Counted from the first letter of the stretch, positions 46,740-59,083 are shown. The stretch: DNA of 64,000 bases from a bacterium (GCA_963675295.2 CAXXKJ010000002.1:3680001-3744000); one strand, 5' to 3'. Numbers and translations: made by a program. Notes: generated by a model from the sequence alone, not told the origin.

Positions 46740-48689
46740 ATGAACCGCTACCTGTCCACTCTGTCGACTCGCTTGATCCTGACTTTTCTGGCCTGCGTTA
46801 CCGTTGCCCTGCTGCTGCAACCGAACACGGCCTCCGCGCAGTATGACCGTTACGATCTGCACATTCCGATGCCCGACACCACGTGGCTCGCGGCGGATCT
46901 GTACACGCCGGATTCAACGAACGCGATGCCGGTGATTTTCATCCAGACTCCATACAACAAGAACAAGTACCGTCTGCGCGGCATGCCGCTGGACACGGAC
47001 GACTACGCGTGGGTGGTGATGGACTGGCGCGGCTTCTACGGGTCGTCCCAGGCCGATAACGGGCTGCCGTTTTACGGGCGGGACGGAGCGGATGCGATTC
47101 AATGGATTGCCGATCAGCCGTGGTGCAACGGCAAGATCGCGACTTACGGTGGGTCCGCCCTCGGCCAGATCCAGTATCTCACCGCCCAGTATCACCCCAA
47201 GGGATTAGTCTGTTCTGTACCGGTGAATCATGCGCTGCAGATTCGTTACCTGAAATACTACCATGCCGGCGTGAAACGAGTAGAATACATCGAAGCCCTC
47301 GGTGGCTGGAACCCGGTTGACATGCTGGTGAACCAGTTCCCGATCTATAACTGGTTCTGGAACTGGATGGAAGATTTTTCCGATTATTCCGCGGAGATCT
47401 ACACGCCCTTCCTGGTGATTACCGGCTGGTGGGACATGAACCCCGACGAGGCCCTGATCACCTACCAGAAACTGATCGAGAACTCCGTCGAGAGCGTCCG
47501 TGATGACCACCGCCTGATGGTGGGTCCGTGGACACACTCCACGGTCGGGGGCCTGTACCAGGGCGATTGGACCTTCCCGACCGCCGTTGGTGCTGGTGAC
47601 CAGGCCGCGCTGGCCTTCATCAATCACTGGATGCTCGGCGCGCAGTGGGGCTCGCAGGGACTGCACAACGTCAGCTACTTCGACCTCGGCACCGACGATT
47701 TCAAGTTTGTCGAAACCTGGCCTCCCACCGAAGTGGAACAGTTCGAGTTGTACCTCAACGATCAGTCCCTGACCACCGATCCGCCAACCACGCCGAACGG
47801 ATCGCAGGGTTTTGAGTACGATCCCCGCCACCCGGTGTACACCCTCGGCGGACGAACCTTTCACCGCCTGGTGGACTCCGGACCGGTTGACTTGAATTCG
47901 CTCGATTCGCGGGACGACGTGCTGCTGTACGAAACACCACCGCTGACGGAACCGCTGGAAGTGACCGGCTACATCCGCGCCAACATCTTCATGTCCAGTG
48001 ACCGTCTCGACACCGACGTCACTGTCTGGCTCGCCGATGTCTTCCCCAACGGACGCGCGCGACTCATTACCGATGGCATCCGCCGTGTCCGCTTCAGGGA
48101 CAGTCTCAGCAACCCGCAACTCGGTGAACCGGGTGAAATCTATGAACTGCGCATTCCGATGCAGAATATGGCGGTTACCTTCCTGCCCGGGCACAAAATT
48201 CGGCTCTATGTAAGCGGATCCAACTGGCCGCGCTTCGACCGGAACCTGAACAACGGCGGTGAGCAGTATGTACCCGGCGACACGCTGATCGCATCGACCA
48301 CGATCTACCAGAACGCGGACAACCCGTCCTCGCTGATCTTCTCGGTTCCGGCGCCACGCCGGCCAAGCACTATCACCAGCGAAACAGGATTCGCTGCCGC
48401 AGATCAGGGTGCAACGGTTACGGAAGCGTCCGCCGCGATGAGCGTCCACCCGAACCCGTTCAATTCTGCCACATCCGTTCGCATCGACCTGTCACAAGCG
48501 AGCGATCTGCGCGTGGACGTGTACAACGTGACCGGCCGTCTGGTCGCCACCCTGGCGCAGGGGACGTACACTGCCGGCGCGCACACGTTCACCCTGGACG
48601 GTTCGGCATTGGCCAGCGGAGTGTATTTTGTCCGTGCCAACCTGCCGCATCAGCCAGCGCAAACACAAAAAATCCTGCTGCTGCGGTAA
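46740..48689 (+). CDS. CocE/NonD family (peptidase S15-like) hydrolase with T9SS-type CTD
   Basis: QTPYNK, DWRGFYGS, WCNGKI..YGGSALG, GWWD, GPWTH, SNWPRFDRN; HPNPFN CTD. Confidence 0.9.
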   Translation: MNRYLSTLSTRLILTFLACVTVALLLQPNTASAQYDRYDLHIPMPDTTWLAADLYTPDSTNAMPVIFIQTPYNKNKYRLRGMPLDTDDYAWVVMDWRGFYGSSQADNGLPFYGRDGADAIQWIADQPWCNGKIATYGGSALGQIQYLTAQYHPKGLVCSVPVNHALQIRYLKYYHAGVKRVEYIEALGGWNPVDMLVNQFPIYNWFWNWMEDFSDYSAEIYTPFLVITGWWDMNPDEALITYQKLIENSVESVRDDHRLMVGPWTHSTVGGLYQGDWTFPTAVGAGDQAALAFINHWMLGAQWGSQGLHNVSYFDLGTDDFKFVETWPPTEVEQFELYLNDQSLTTDPPTTPNGSQGFEYDPRHPVYTLGGRTFHRLVDSGPVDLNSLDSRDDVLLYETPPLTEPLEVTGYIRANIFMSSDRLDTDVTVWLADVFPNGRARLITDGIRRVRFRDSLSNPQLGEPGEIYELRIPMQNMAVTFLPGHKIRLYVSGSNWPRFDRNLNNGGEQYVPGDTLIASTTIYQNADNPSSLIFSVPAPRRPSTITSETGFAAADQGATVTEASAAMSVHPNPFNSATSVRIDLSQASDLRVDVYNVTGRLVATLAQGTYTAGAHTFTLDGSALASGVYFVRANLPHQPAQTQKILLLR

Positions 48690-48995
48690 TACGTCGTTCA
48701 ACTTGACCTGCCTGCGGCCTTTCTGACCGTGGTTGGATTCACGGAATCTGAAAGGCCGTATTTACTCTTTGGTTACGCGAACTCATCCCATTTTCTCAAG
48801 GCTGACTTGGGCTGCAGCCAAAGAGAGAATTGTTCGGTTTCCCTAAGTACTATTTTCATACAATCTTTCTGTTTTTTACGGAATCAATCAAAATTCGTCT
48901 TTTCCCGCTGTTGTCCTCGGGTTCGCTAAGTCCGCAATCAGTTTTTCCGGGTATTCATTGTTAGTTCAAGTTGTAGCTTTCTTTCGGAGCAATCC

Positions 48996-50972
48996 ATGCA
49001 AACGTTTGCACGGTTCACCCTCAATAGGTCGTGGGTCACGTTCAGCCTGCTGGCAGCCGTCAGCCTGCTGACGTTGGTGCCGCAACTGTGTCACGCTGAT
49101 TTTGACCGTTACGACCTGCAGATTCCGGTTCCGCCAAACACATGGCTCGCCGCGGACCTGTACATGCCGGATTCCGCCACGGTTGCGATGCCAGTGGTGC
49201 TGGTCCAGACTCCGTACAACAAGAATAAGTTCCGGCTGCGAGGACCGCCGTTGGATACGGAGGCGTTCGCGTTCGTCATCATGGATTGGCGCGGCAAGCA
49301 CGGGTCGTCCCATGCCGACATTCCGTTCCCGAAGTACGGTGAAGACGGCGCGCTCGCCATCGAATGGATCGCCAGCCGCGACTGGTGTAACGGAAAGGTG
49401 GCGATGTACGGTGGCTCGGCGTTGGCGCAGGTGCAGTGGCTGACGGCTAAGGAACAGCCGGACCACCTCGTCTGCATGGTGCCGATCAATCACGCGATCC
49501 AGACCCGGTACCAGAAGTATTACCACGGTGGGGTAAAACGGACGGAATACGTCGAAACGCTGAGCGGTTGGGAATGGATTCCGACCTTGGTGAACAATCA
49601 CCCGACATACGACACGTTTTGGCAGTGGATCTCGTGGAAAACGAACAATGCTCAGGACATTCAGGTCCCGGTGCTGCTGGTCTCCGGCTGGTGGGACATG
49701 ACGCCGGACGAAGCGTTGATAACGTTCAACGATCTCGTCGACACCGCGCCGGACAGCATCCGTGACTCGCACAAGCTGCTGATCGGCCCGTGGACGCACA
49801 CCACGGTCGGCCGTCCACAGCAGGGTTCATTCCTCTATCCGGCGGCCACAGGTGAACTGGGCGAGATGGCAACCAAGTTCCTGTTGCATCACCTGCGGGA
49901 TGTCGGTGAGGACAACGAGCCGGCGGTGCGTTACTTCGATCTTGGCCCTGACACGTTCCGTACGGCAGACAGTTGGCCACCCGAGGGTGGTGAACACTAT
50001 CCATTCTACATCACGGATGAGGGATTGCGCACCTACCAGAGCGGGAACGGCGTTGAAGGTTTCCCCTACAACCCGCGCATGCCGATTGCCACCGAGGGCG
50101 GCCGTCTCTTCAAGAAGACGCTCAATCCCGGCCCGCATGATATCGCCGAGCTGACCCAACGTGGGGACGTGCTGTATTTCGACACGCCGATGATGACTGA
50201 GAGTGTCGAGATCGCGGGCTACATCCACGCGAACCTCTATGTCTCGACCAACCGTCCCGACACTGACTTCATGGTCTTTCTCGCGGATGTTTACCCGAAT
50301 GGCACCGCTCGGTTCATCACCGATGGCGCCCGCCGGATTCGTTTCCGCAATAATTTCAGCACCGAAGAACTGGCTGAGCCGGGCCAGGTGTATGAGCTCG
50401 ACATCCCGATGCAGTCAATGGCGCTGACCATCGAACCGGCGCACCGGCTGCGGCTGTATATCACCAGTTCCAACTACCCGCGCTTCGATCTCAACCTGAA
50501 CAACGGCGGTGAGATGTATGCCCCGGGCGACACGTTGATTGCCTTCAACAGCGTGCATTACAGCACGGCGCACCCGTCGGCGTTGTGGCTGCCGATTCAT
50601 TTGAGCAATTCGCAGTCGGCGGATGTGTTAAACGGCGGAACCAGCTCTCAAGTACGCAACGGCCAGGGGACCGAACTGGCCGTGGATGAATCCTCCTCCC
50701 TGCTGCCGGATGAGTTCGTCGTGAATGCGTATCCGAACCCGTTCAACGACGCCGCGACGGTCTCGGTGGCGTTGCCACAGGCCGGCCAGTTGACGCTGAA
50801 GCTTTACAACGTGACCGGTCAAGAGGTCGCGACACTGACCGACGCCACGCACCCGGCGGGCCGGCACGAGTTCTCGTTCCAGGCGTCCAACCTGGCGAGC
50901 GGCTTGTATTTCCTGCGGGCAATAGTCCCGGGTCAGACGGAGCAGGTGCGTAAGCTGATGCTGGTGCGGTAG
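48996..50972 (+). CDS. CocE/NonD family hydrolase with T9SS-type CTD (tandem paralog)
   Basis: QTPYNK, WCNGKV..YGGSALA, GWWD, GPWTH, SNYPRFDLN; YPNPFN CTD. Confidence 0.9.
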   Translation: MQTFARFTLNRSWVTFSLLAAVSLLTLVPQLCHADFDRYDLQIPVPPNTWLAADLYMPDSATVAMPVVLVQTPYNKNKFRLRGPPLDTEAFAFVIMDWRGKHGSSHADIPFPKYGEDGALAIEWIASRDWCNGKVAMYGGSALAQVQWLTAKEQPDHLVCMVPINHAIQTRYQKYYHGGVKRTEYVETLSGWEWIPTLVNNHPTYDTFWQWISWKTNNAQDIQVPVLLVSGWWDMTPDEALITFNDLVDTAPDSIRDSHKLLIGPWTHTTVGRPQQGSFLYPAATGELGEMATKFLLHHLRDVGEDNEPAVRYFDLGPDTFRTADSWPPEGGEHYPFYITDEGLRTYQSGNGVEGFPYNPRMPIATEGGRLFKKTLNPGPHDIAELTQRGDVLYFDTPMMTESVEIAGYIHANLYVSTNRPDTDFMVFLADVYPNGTARFITDGARRIRFRNNFSTEELAEPGQVYELDIPMQSMALTIEPAHRLRLYITSSNYPRFDLNLNNGGEMYAPGDTLIAFNSVHYSTAHPSALWLPIHLSNSQSADVLNGGTSSQVRNGQGTELAVDESSSLLPDEFVVNAYPNPFNDAATVSVALPQAGQLTLKLYNVTGQEVATLTDATHPAGRHEFSFQASNLASGLYFLRAIVPGQTEQVRKLMLVR

Positions 50973-51012
50973 GGCGGCTGAACCACGGAATACACGGAAG
51001 AAACGTACGATT

Positions 51013-51071
51013 CCAGGGACAGACGAGTTTATGCCCCCTATACATCATAAACAAAGGGCGTCTGTCCCTGG
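51013..51071. repeat. Palindromic element CCAGGGACAGACG...CGTCTGTCCCTGG, copy 1
   Basis: 13-bp arms identical to those at 53982-54043, with a different spacer. Confidence 0.75.
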
Positions 51072-51116
51072 TATCGCACGGGCAGAAATCAATAAGCAGA
51101 AAATCAGAATAACACC

Positions 51117-52259
51117 TCAAGGACTGGGGGACACACGAACCAAACGAAAACCGAGGATGACGCTCCGGCGCGACGGGATGCTGTAGCCGCGATAGGCGGA
51201 ACGACAGTACAGCGGAAGGCTGCCCCACGAGCCGCCGCGCAACAAACGAAACGATCCGTTGGCCGGCCCCTGGGGATCGGTCGACGGGCTGATATCGTAA
51301 TAGTCGCTGTCGTACCAGTCACTGCACCACTCCCACACGTTCCCGTGCATGTCGTACAACCCCCACGGGTTTGGAATCTTCTGTCCGACAGGCTTGGTGC
51401 CGTAGGGGTCGTTGTTTCCAGTGTACCAAGCGTAGTCGCCGAGCCCACCGTAGCCCGGATCGTCCCCCCACCAGAAGCGAGTCCCGTCATGCCCCGCACG
51501 GCAGGCGTACTCCCACTCCGCTTCGGTCGGCAGGCGCCAGGGATCGCCCGGTTCCGTCGCGTTGACTGCCGGCAGGAAGTCGTTGCTGATGTCGTCGTGG
51601 TTGATCGATTCCGCCGGATGGGTCGGCCTGCCATCGAAATAGAAGTCCCTATCGCCCATCACGGCAACCCACTGCTCCTGCGTGACTTCGTATTTCCCCA
51701 TCCAGAAACCTTCGGTTAGCGTCACTTGATGGCGGGGGAACTCACGATCGTCTGCATCAGGATCGTTGTCCAGTGAACCCATCATGAATGTTCCCGGCTC
51801 GATCCACACCATCGTCACATACGTGCCTGTGTTGCCAAGCTCGAAATCCTGCTCGAGGATGTCGCCATGTTCGACCACTTCAAAGGAAAATTCGTCTTCT
51901 CCGACAACCGTTGTCGGGAATAGTCCAGCCTGCATGTGGAAGATGTAGTCACCGAGAAATGCGTTTTGCGGGATGGCAAGACTCAAGTTGACCGGTCCAA
52001 TAATCGTCGTCGGTGTCATCGGAATGTTGTTGATCCGTTGCAGGGGACCATACCAAGTACCGTTGGGCAGGGTGATATAGGTCCAAAAATCCACGTTGTA
52101 GGGAGATGAAAGGTTGCTGGTCACCAGGGCTTCGTATTGAAAACTACCTCCTCGGGGAACGATCAGTGGATTTGGTGCAGACAGGCTGATATCAACAAGC
52201 TGCGCGGAGGCAGTTGTGCAAATGAGGATGGTAAAAAGCAAGATGGCGAGCTTTCTCAT
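51117..52259 (-). CDS. FGE-sulfatase (SUMF1/CLec-fold) domain protein with N-terminal 'IPxxGG' domain
   Basis: Signal from ATG 52259; GTFMMGS, MGKYEVTQ, RLPTEAEWEYACRAG, NPWGLYDMHGNVWEWC, RGGSW, GFRLVR. Confidence 0.9.
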   Translation of the reverse strand: MRKLAILLFTILICTTASAQLVDISLSAPNPLIVPRGGSFQYEALVTSNLSSPYNVDFWTYITLPNGTWYGPLQRINNIPMTPTTIIGPVNLSLAIPQNAFLGDYIFHMQAGLFPTTVVGEDEFSFEVVEHGDILEQDFELGNTGTYVTMVWIEPGTFMMGSLDNDPDADDREFPRHQVTLTEGFWMGKYEVTQEQWVAVMGDRDFYFDGRPTHPAESINHDDISNDFLPAVNATEPGDPWRLPTEAEWEYACRAGHDGTRFWWGDDPGYGGLGDYAWYTGNNDPYGTKPVGQKIPNPWGLYDMHGNVWEWCSDWYDSDYYDISPSTDPQGPANGSFRLLRGGSWGSLPLYCRSAYRGYSIPSRRSVILGFRLVRVSPSP

Positions 52260-52332
52260 GGTACTCTCACCTTGTGAAGACTGTAAATAATAGCAAACAA
52301 TAGGAACAAACATAGTTTACGCGCACCGTACA

Positions 52333-53808
52333 TCACAACCCGAACACCTTCCGGAAGTGGAAGCCGTAGATCGCGAAGGTAACCGCGTAGACGATCATCC
52401 GCGGTTTGTAGCGCAGGGTCCAGAACAGCAGCTTCCAGTAGTGCGTGCGTTCCTTGCCGACCACGCCGAGCACAAAGATCGAGCGGAAGAACGCGCTCAG
52501 CTCGTTCCAGTTGATCCGCACTTTCATCTTGATCGGTTTGTATTCCTGCAGGAATTTGCGCACACGCCGGTAGTATTCGGCCGGTGAGTAAATTCGGCTG
52601 ATGACATCCTGGTAGCCTTTTTGCAGCTGGCTGAGGTCCATTTTCGGGATGAAATTCATGCTCGAGTCGGTGTTGTTGCCAGACATGTTGCTCAGGATAC
52701 GGTTTTCCTTCTCCAGCCGAGTGTAGAGCTTGGTTCCCTTCGGGGCGTTGAGCAAACCAACCATCGCGGTGACAATCGCGCTTTCCTCGATGAACGCCGT
52801 GAGCTTGTCGAAAATCGTCGAATTGTCGCTGTCGAAGCCGAGGATGAAGCCGCCTTTGACCATCAGGCCGTGACCGTGCAGGATCTTGACGCTCTCCAGC
52901 ATGTCCCGCTTCTTGTTCTGCAGCTTATTGCACTCGAGCAGGGCTTCCTCGTTGGTTGTCTCGATCCCGATGAACACTTCCTTGAAGCCGGACGCGACCA
53001 TTAGCGTCATCAACTCCGGATCGTCTGCGAGGTCAATCGAGGCTTCGGTGGTGAATTCGAACGGGTGATTGTGATCCGCCTGCCATTGGAACAGCGCCGG
53101 CAGCAGATCCTTGCGCAGCTTCGACTTGTTACCGATGAAGTTGTCGTCCACGAAGAAGACTGTCCCCGCCCAACCAAGCCGGTGGAGTTCTTCCAGCTCG
53201 GCGAGCACCTGCGCGGTTTGTTTCGCACGGATGCGTTTTCCGAACAGCACGCCAATGTCGCAGAACTCGCAGGCGTACGGGCAGCCGCGCGAATACTGAA
53301 TGTCCACCTCGGCGTACTTGTTGAGGTTGACCATGTCCCAACGTGGGACCGGCGTTTTGTCCAGCGGTGGGTAAACACTGGTTGTGTACACCGGCTTCGC
53401 GCATCCTTCGGCGAAATCTGCGAGAAACTCCGGCAGTGTTTCCTCGGCGTCGTTGAGCACGAAATGATCGACGCCCTCAAACTCTTCGTGGTAGGCGGTG
53501 AATAGCGGTCCGCCGGCGACGACGGTCACCCCGGCGTTATTGCAGCGGCGGATAACATCCTTTGAGGATTCCTTCTGCACCATCATCGCGCTGATCAGAA
53601 CGACGTCCGCCCAGGCGAGATCCTTGTCGCGGAGACGGTTGACTTTCATGTCGACCAGCTTCAACTCCCAGTCGTCCGGGAGCATCGCGGCGACGGTCAA
53701 CAGGCCGAGCGGCGGTGAGGTCGATTTCCGTGAGATAAAGCGGAGGGCATACTTGAAACTCCAGAAGGTATCCGCAAAATCCGGGTATACGAGTAAAGCT
53801 TTCATCAC
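52333..53808 (-). CDS. B12-binding domain radical SAM protein (DUF4070 type)
   Basis: PPLGLLTVAAML, VAGGP, SRGCPYACEFC, FFVDDNFIG, FILGFD. Confidence 0.9.
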   Translation of the reverse strand: MMKALLVYPDFADTFWSFKYALRFISRKSTSPPLGLLTVAAMLPDDWELKLVDMKVNRLRDKDLAWADVVLISAMMVQKESSKDVIRRCNNAGVTVVAGGPLFTAYHEEFEGVDHFVLNDAEETLPEFLADFAEGCAKPVYTTSVYPPLDKTPVPRWDMVNLNKYAEVDIQYSRGCPYACEFCDIGVLFGKRIRAKQTAQVLAELEELHRLGWAGTVFFVDDNFIGNKSKLRKDLLPALFQWQADHNHPFEFTTEASIDLADDPELMTLMVASGFKEVFIGIETTNEEALLECNKLQNKKRDMLESVKILHGHGLMVKGGFILGFDSDNSTIFDKLTAFIEESAIVTAMVGLLNAPKGTKLYTRLEKENRILSNMSGNNTDSSMNFIPKMDLSQLQKGYQDVISRIYSPAEYYRRVRKFLQEYKPIKMKVRINWNELSAFFRSIFVLGVVGKERTHYWKLLFWTLRYKPRMIVYAVTFAIYGFHFRKVFGL

Positions 53809-53981
53809 GTCAACTCCCGTGCATCCACTCAGGATGCAATTTCAATAGAGGTTCTCCCGGGGGGATGAATCTAAGTGCAGGTAAGATTCACACGAACTTT
53901 AATGTAACACGTCAGCGGTACACGGATGAGAAAAATGCTGCGTTTCCAGCTCCACTCACCCGGGCAGTGAGATCCGATAAT

Positions 53982-54043
53982 CCAGGGACAGACGGTAGAA
54001 TTTACGTTACATATTTCACAGAAAACCTACCGTCTGTCCCTGG
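53982..54043. repeat. Palindromic element CCAGGGACAGACG...CGTCTGTCCCTGG, copy 2 (17-bp arms)
   Basis: CCAGGGACAGACGGTAG...CTACCGTCTGTCCCTGG. Confidence 0.75.
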
Positions 54044-54114
54044 TTTACAGAGAAACGAAACGGGGCTAACCGATGATCCGGCCTGCCCCGTTGAACTCTA
54101 CACTCTGTCCCGGC

Positions 54115-54645
54115 TTACTGAATGCCGAGCACCTCGACGTCAAACACCAGCGTCGCGTTCGGGGGAATCACACCACCCGCACCACGTTCGCCATACCCGA
54201 TTTCCGGCGGGAGGATGAAGATCCAGTGACCGCCGACTTTCATCATGTCGACACCGAGATCCCAGCCACGGATCACACGACCCGCGCCAAGCGGGAATAC
54301 AAACGGCTGGCCGCGTTTGCGGGAGCTGTCGAAGAACGTGCCATCATCCTTCAACCATCCGGTATAGTGCACCTGGACCTGGTCGCCGGCCTTGACATCG
54401 GTGCCGGCACCTTCGGTGATTACTGCATACTTCAGCCCTTCCGGACCATCCTGCCACTCAAAGCCGTCGAGATCCGGCATCGTGTAAGCGTCTGCCATGT
54501 CAGCACTTTCTCCGTGTTCCGCGTCCATTGCCGCGTGGTCGTTGGTGGTGGCCGATTCAGCCTCGGCGCTTTCCGGTTTGTCCTGCGCACAGCCGAACAT
54601 GAGCAACGCCGCGACCAACAGGACCAAGACACTCTGCAACTTCAT
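54115..54645 (-). CDS. FKBP-type peptidyl-prolyl isomerase, lipoprotein
   Basis: MFG-C lipobox; VHYTGWL, FDSS, VIRGWDLG, YGERGAGGVIPPNATLVFDVE. Confidence 0.93.
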   Translation of the reverse strand: MKLQSVLVLLVAALLMFGCAQDKPESAEAESATTNDHAAMDAEHGESADMADAYTMPDLDGFEWQDGPEGLKYAVITEGAGTDVKAGDQVQVHYTGWLKDDGTFFDSSRKRGQPFVFPLGAGRVIRGWDLGVDMMKVGGHWIFILPPEIGYGERGAGGVIPPNATLVFDVEVLGIQ

Positions 54646-54794
54646 CGCACCCTCCCTAGGTGTTTTGCGATGGATGTTTTCACCCGGTTCAATCGTGGGA
54701 AGTTAACGGTTGGGCTGGGATCACGTTACCCGAAGATCGAAGAAACAGGGGCTTGCGAGGCGTGCACGAGCGGTCGGGATTCCCGAAAGCTGAT

Positions 54795-55715
54795 TCAAAC
54801 GTCAGCGAATGGATTAAGCGAGATGATCAGTTCGGGACGGTCTTTCTGCGGCATGTGACCTACGAGCAAAGCCATATCTCCCGCTCCCGCACCTGTCGGT
54901 TTGGCCCAGCCAAGGTTTGACTGCATCCATTCATACAGCTCGACATGCCGGGAGATCATCCACTCAATTCCGGCTTTGCGAAGCCCGAACACGAAGCTGT
55001 TGATATAGAAATCAAGGTCGTGGTCCAACTCGCCCCGCTGTTTGCTGAACCAGGCTTCCGCGAGTTTGGCCGAGCACCGGTTCATGTCCTCAAGCCGATA
55101 GTCTTCCGGCTCACGCTTCACGAAATCGAGAAACTTGGGCACAAACTCGCGTGTATTCGCGGACACGCCAGTCCACGCTAATGCCAGCTCCGGAATGAAC
55201 TCCGGCTGCGGTTTCTCGATGATCTCGATTTCGGCTTGGTCGTTAACACGCCGAAACCGGATCGGTCTGCGGTACGCAATCGCGGCGACATCCGCCCCAC
55301 TCCCCATCCCACCCTGCGCGCGGCGATGTGCGTTGTCGGCGTACTTGAAAATGGTCTCGGGAATGGTTTTCCAGTCCACGCCGCAGCGTTGAAAACGCAT
55401 CGCGATCACGCCAACCGCTTCCGCCGCCGATCCTCCGAGGCCGAGTTTTTGTGTGACACCGTTCTCGTCGGTGGTCATAAACTCGCTGCGGTCCACGGTC
55501 AGTCGCAACGGCGGCAGGTCGGATTCCAGCTCTGCGAGTTCGGGGATGGGTTCAGCAAGCGCTTCACGAATGACAGGGGTATCACTGGAGGGACCAGCAG
55601 AATCGACGGCGGTCAGTGTCATGTAACGCGGCACTGGCACCAGCACGGCGGTCCCGCCGATCAACACGGTGTATTCGCCAGACAGCATCACCTTGCCGGG
55701 GACACGCACCTGCAT
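54795..55715 (-). CDS. GHMP kinase, probable phosphomevalonate kinase
   Basis: PGKVMLSGEYTVL, KLGLGGSAA, AQGGMGSGADVAA, KPTGAGAGD; operon context. Confidence 0.8.
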   Translation of the reverse strand: MQVRVPGKVMLSGEYTVLIGGTAVLVPVPRYMTLTAVDSAGPSSDTPVIREALAEPIPELAELESDLPPLRLTVDRSEFMTTDENGVTQKLGLGGSAAEAVGVIAMRFQRCGVDWKTIPETIFKYADNAHRRAQGGMGSGADVAAIAYRRPIRFRRVNDQAEIEIIEKPQPEFIPELALAWTGVSANTREFVPKFLDFVKREPEDYRLEDMNRCSAKLAEAWFSKQRGELDHDLDFYINSFVFGLRKAGIEWMISRHVELYEWMQSNLGWAKPTGAGAGDMALLVGHMPQKDRPELIISLNPFADV

Positions 55716-56698
55716 CAGACTACCTCCAGCACTCGTGCTGGCTGTCCGGGCAGGTTGATTTTCGCGCGCGCGACGCCCGGCAGTTTTGCCGCCAGTTTCC
55801 GCACCCGCTCAAGATCCTCCCGCCGTGCAAGCAGGCAGACATGCGGGCCGGCGTCAATCGTGGCATATGCTTCCACCGTGCCTGCCTTCCGCCACTGGGC
55901 GAGTTCGTGCAGCACACGGAGTGTGACGTCGTTCCAGTACAACAGCGCCGGTCGGGTTGCGACCATGCACGCGTGCATCGCGTGGCTGTTGGCCTCCGCC
56001 AGTTCACCGACAGCGGTGAAATCCAGCGCCTTCACCGCGCCGAGCATTGCCTTGTAGTCACGCCGGGCGGTGGCCAGCCACGCCGCGTAATACGGGCTGG
56101 TATCTCGGCTGAGGTTCATGCCCTCGGTCGAACCGATCGCCTTCGGTGTTGATTCCACCTCCACGATCACCATGCCCCAAGGCACATCATCTGCCGGAAC
56201 CAGTTCGCGCGCGGCGGGATCATTGGACAACGGCATCGCGGCAATGCCGCCGGGGATCGACCGTGCCGCCGAACCGCTCCCGCGTCGGGCCAGTTGCGAC
56301 AGCAGACGCTTGCTCAACGGTTTTCGGCTGAACGCCGCCAGCGCCGCCGCCAACGCGGCAAAACCGGAAGCGCTGGACGCCAGCCCCGCGCCGGTCGGAA
56401 AGCTGTTTTTCGACGAAACCGCGAACGTTCCCTCGATCAACCCTTCGCCGCGCCACAGGTCGAGGTAGCGCCGGAGACGGTCCGCCCCCTTGCCGCTGAG
56501 CGATTCGCCGTTGATGCTGAACGTGTCACGGATGGTCTGGGAAGTACCGCTCAGGCGGGTAACGGTGGTCGTCGTGGTCAGTTGGTCGAGGGTCAGAGAC
56601 AACGAAGGGGTAGCGGGAGCATTGCTGCCTTCGTCCCGCTTACCCCAATACTTGATCAGAGCGATGTTCGCGCCGGCTCGTGCTGTGACGCGTTGCAT
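55715..56698 (-). CDS. mvaD: Diphosphomevalonate decarboxylase
   Basis: NIALIKYWGK, SLSLTL, NSFPTGAGLASSASGFAAL, ARRGSGSAARS, TIDAGPHV. Confidence 0.93.
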   Translation of the reverse strand: MQRVTARAGANIALIKYWGKRDEGSNAPATPSLSLTLDQLTTTTTVTRLSGTSQTIRDTFSINGESLSGKGADRLRRYLDLWRGEGLIEGTFAVSSKNSFPTGAGLASSASGFAALAAALAAFSRKPLSKRLLSQLARRGSGSAARSIPGGIAAMPLSNDPAARELVPADDVPWGMVIVEVESTPKAIGSTEGMNLSRDTSPYYAAWLATARRDYKAMLGAVKALDFTAVGELAEANSHAMHACMVATRPALLYWNDVTLRVLHELAQWRKAGTVEAYATIDAGPHVCLLARREDLERVRKLAAKLPGVARAKINLPGQPARVLEVV

Positions 56699-56699
56699 G

Positions 56700-59083
<2,384 letters not shown>

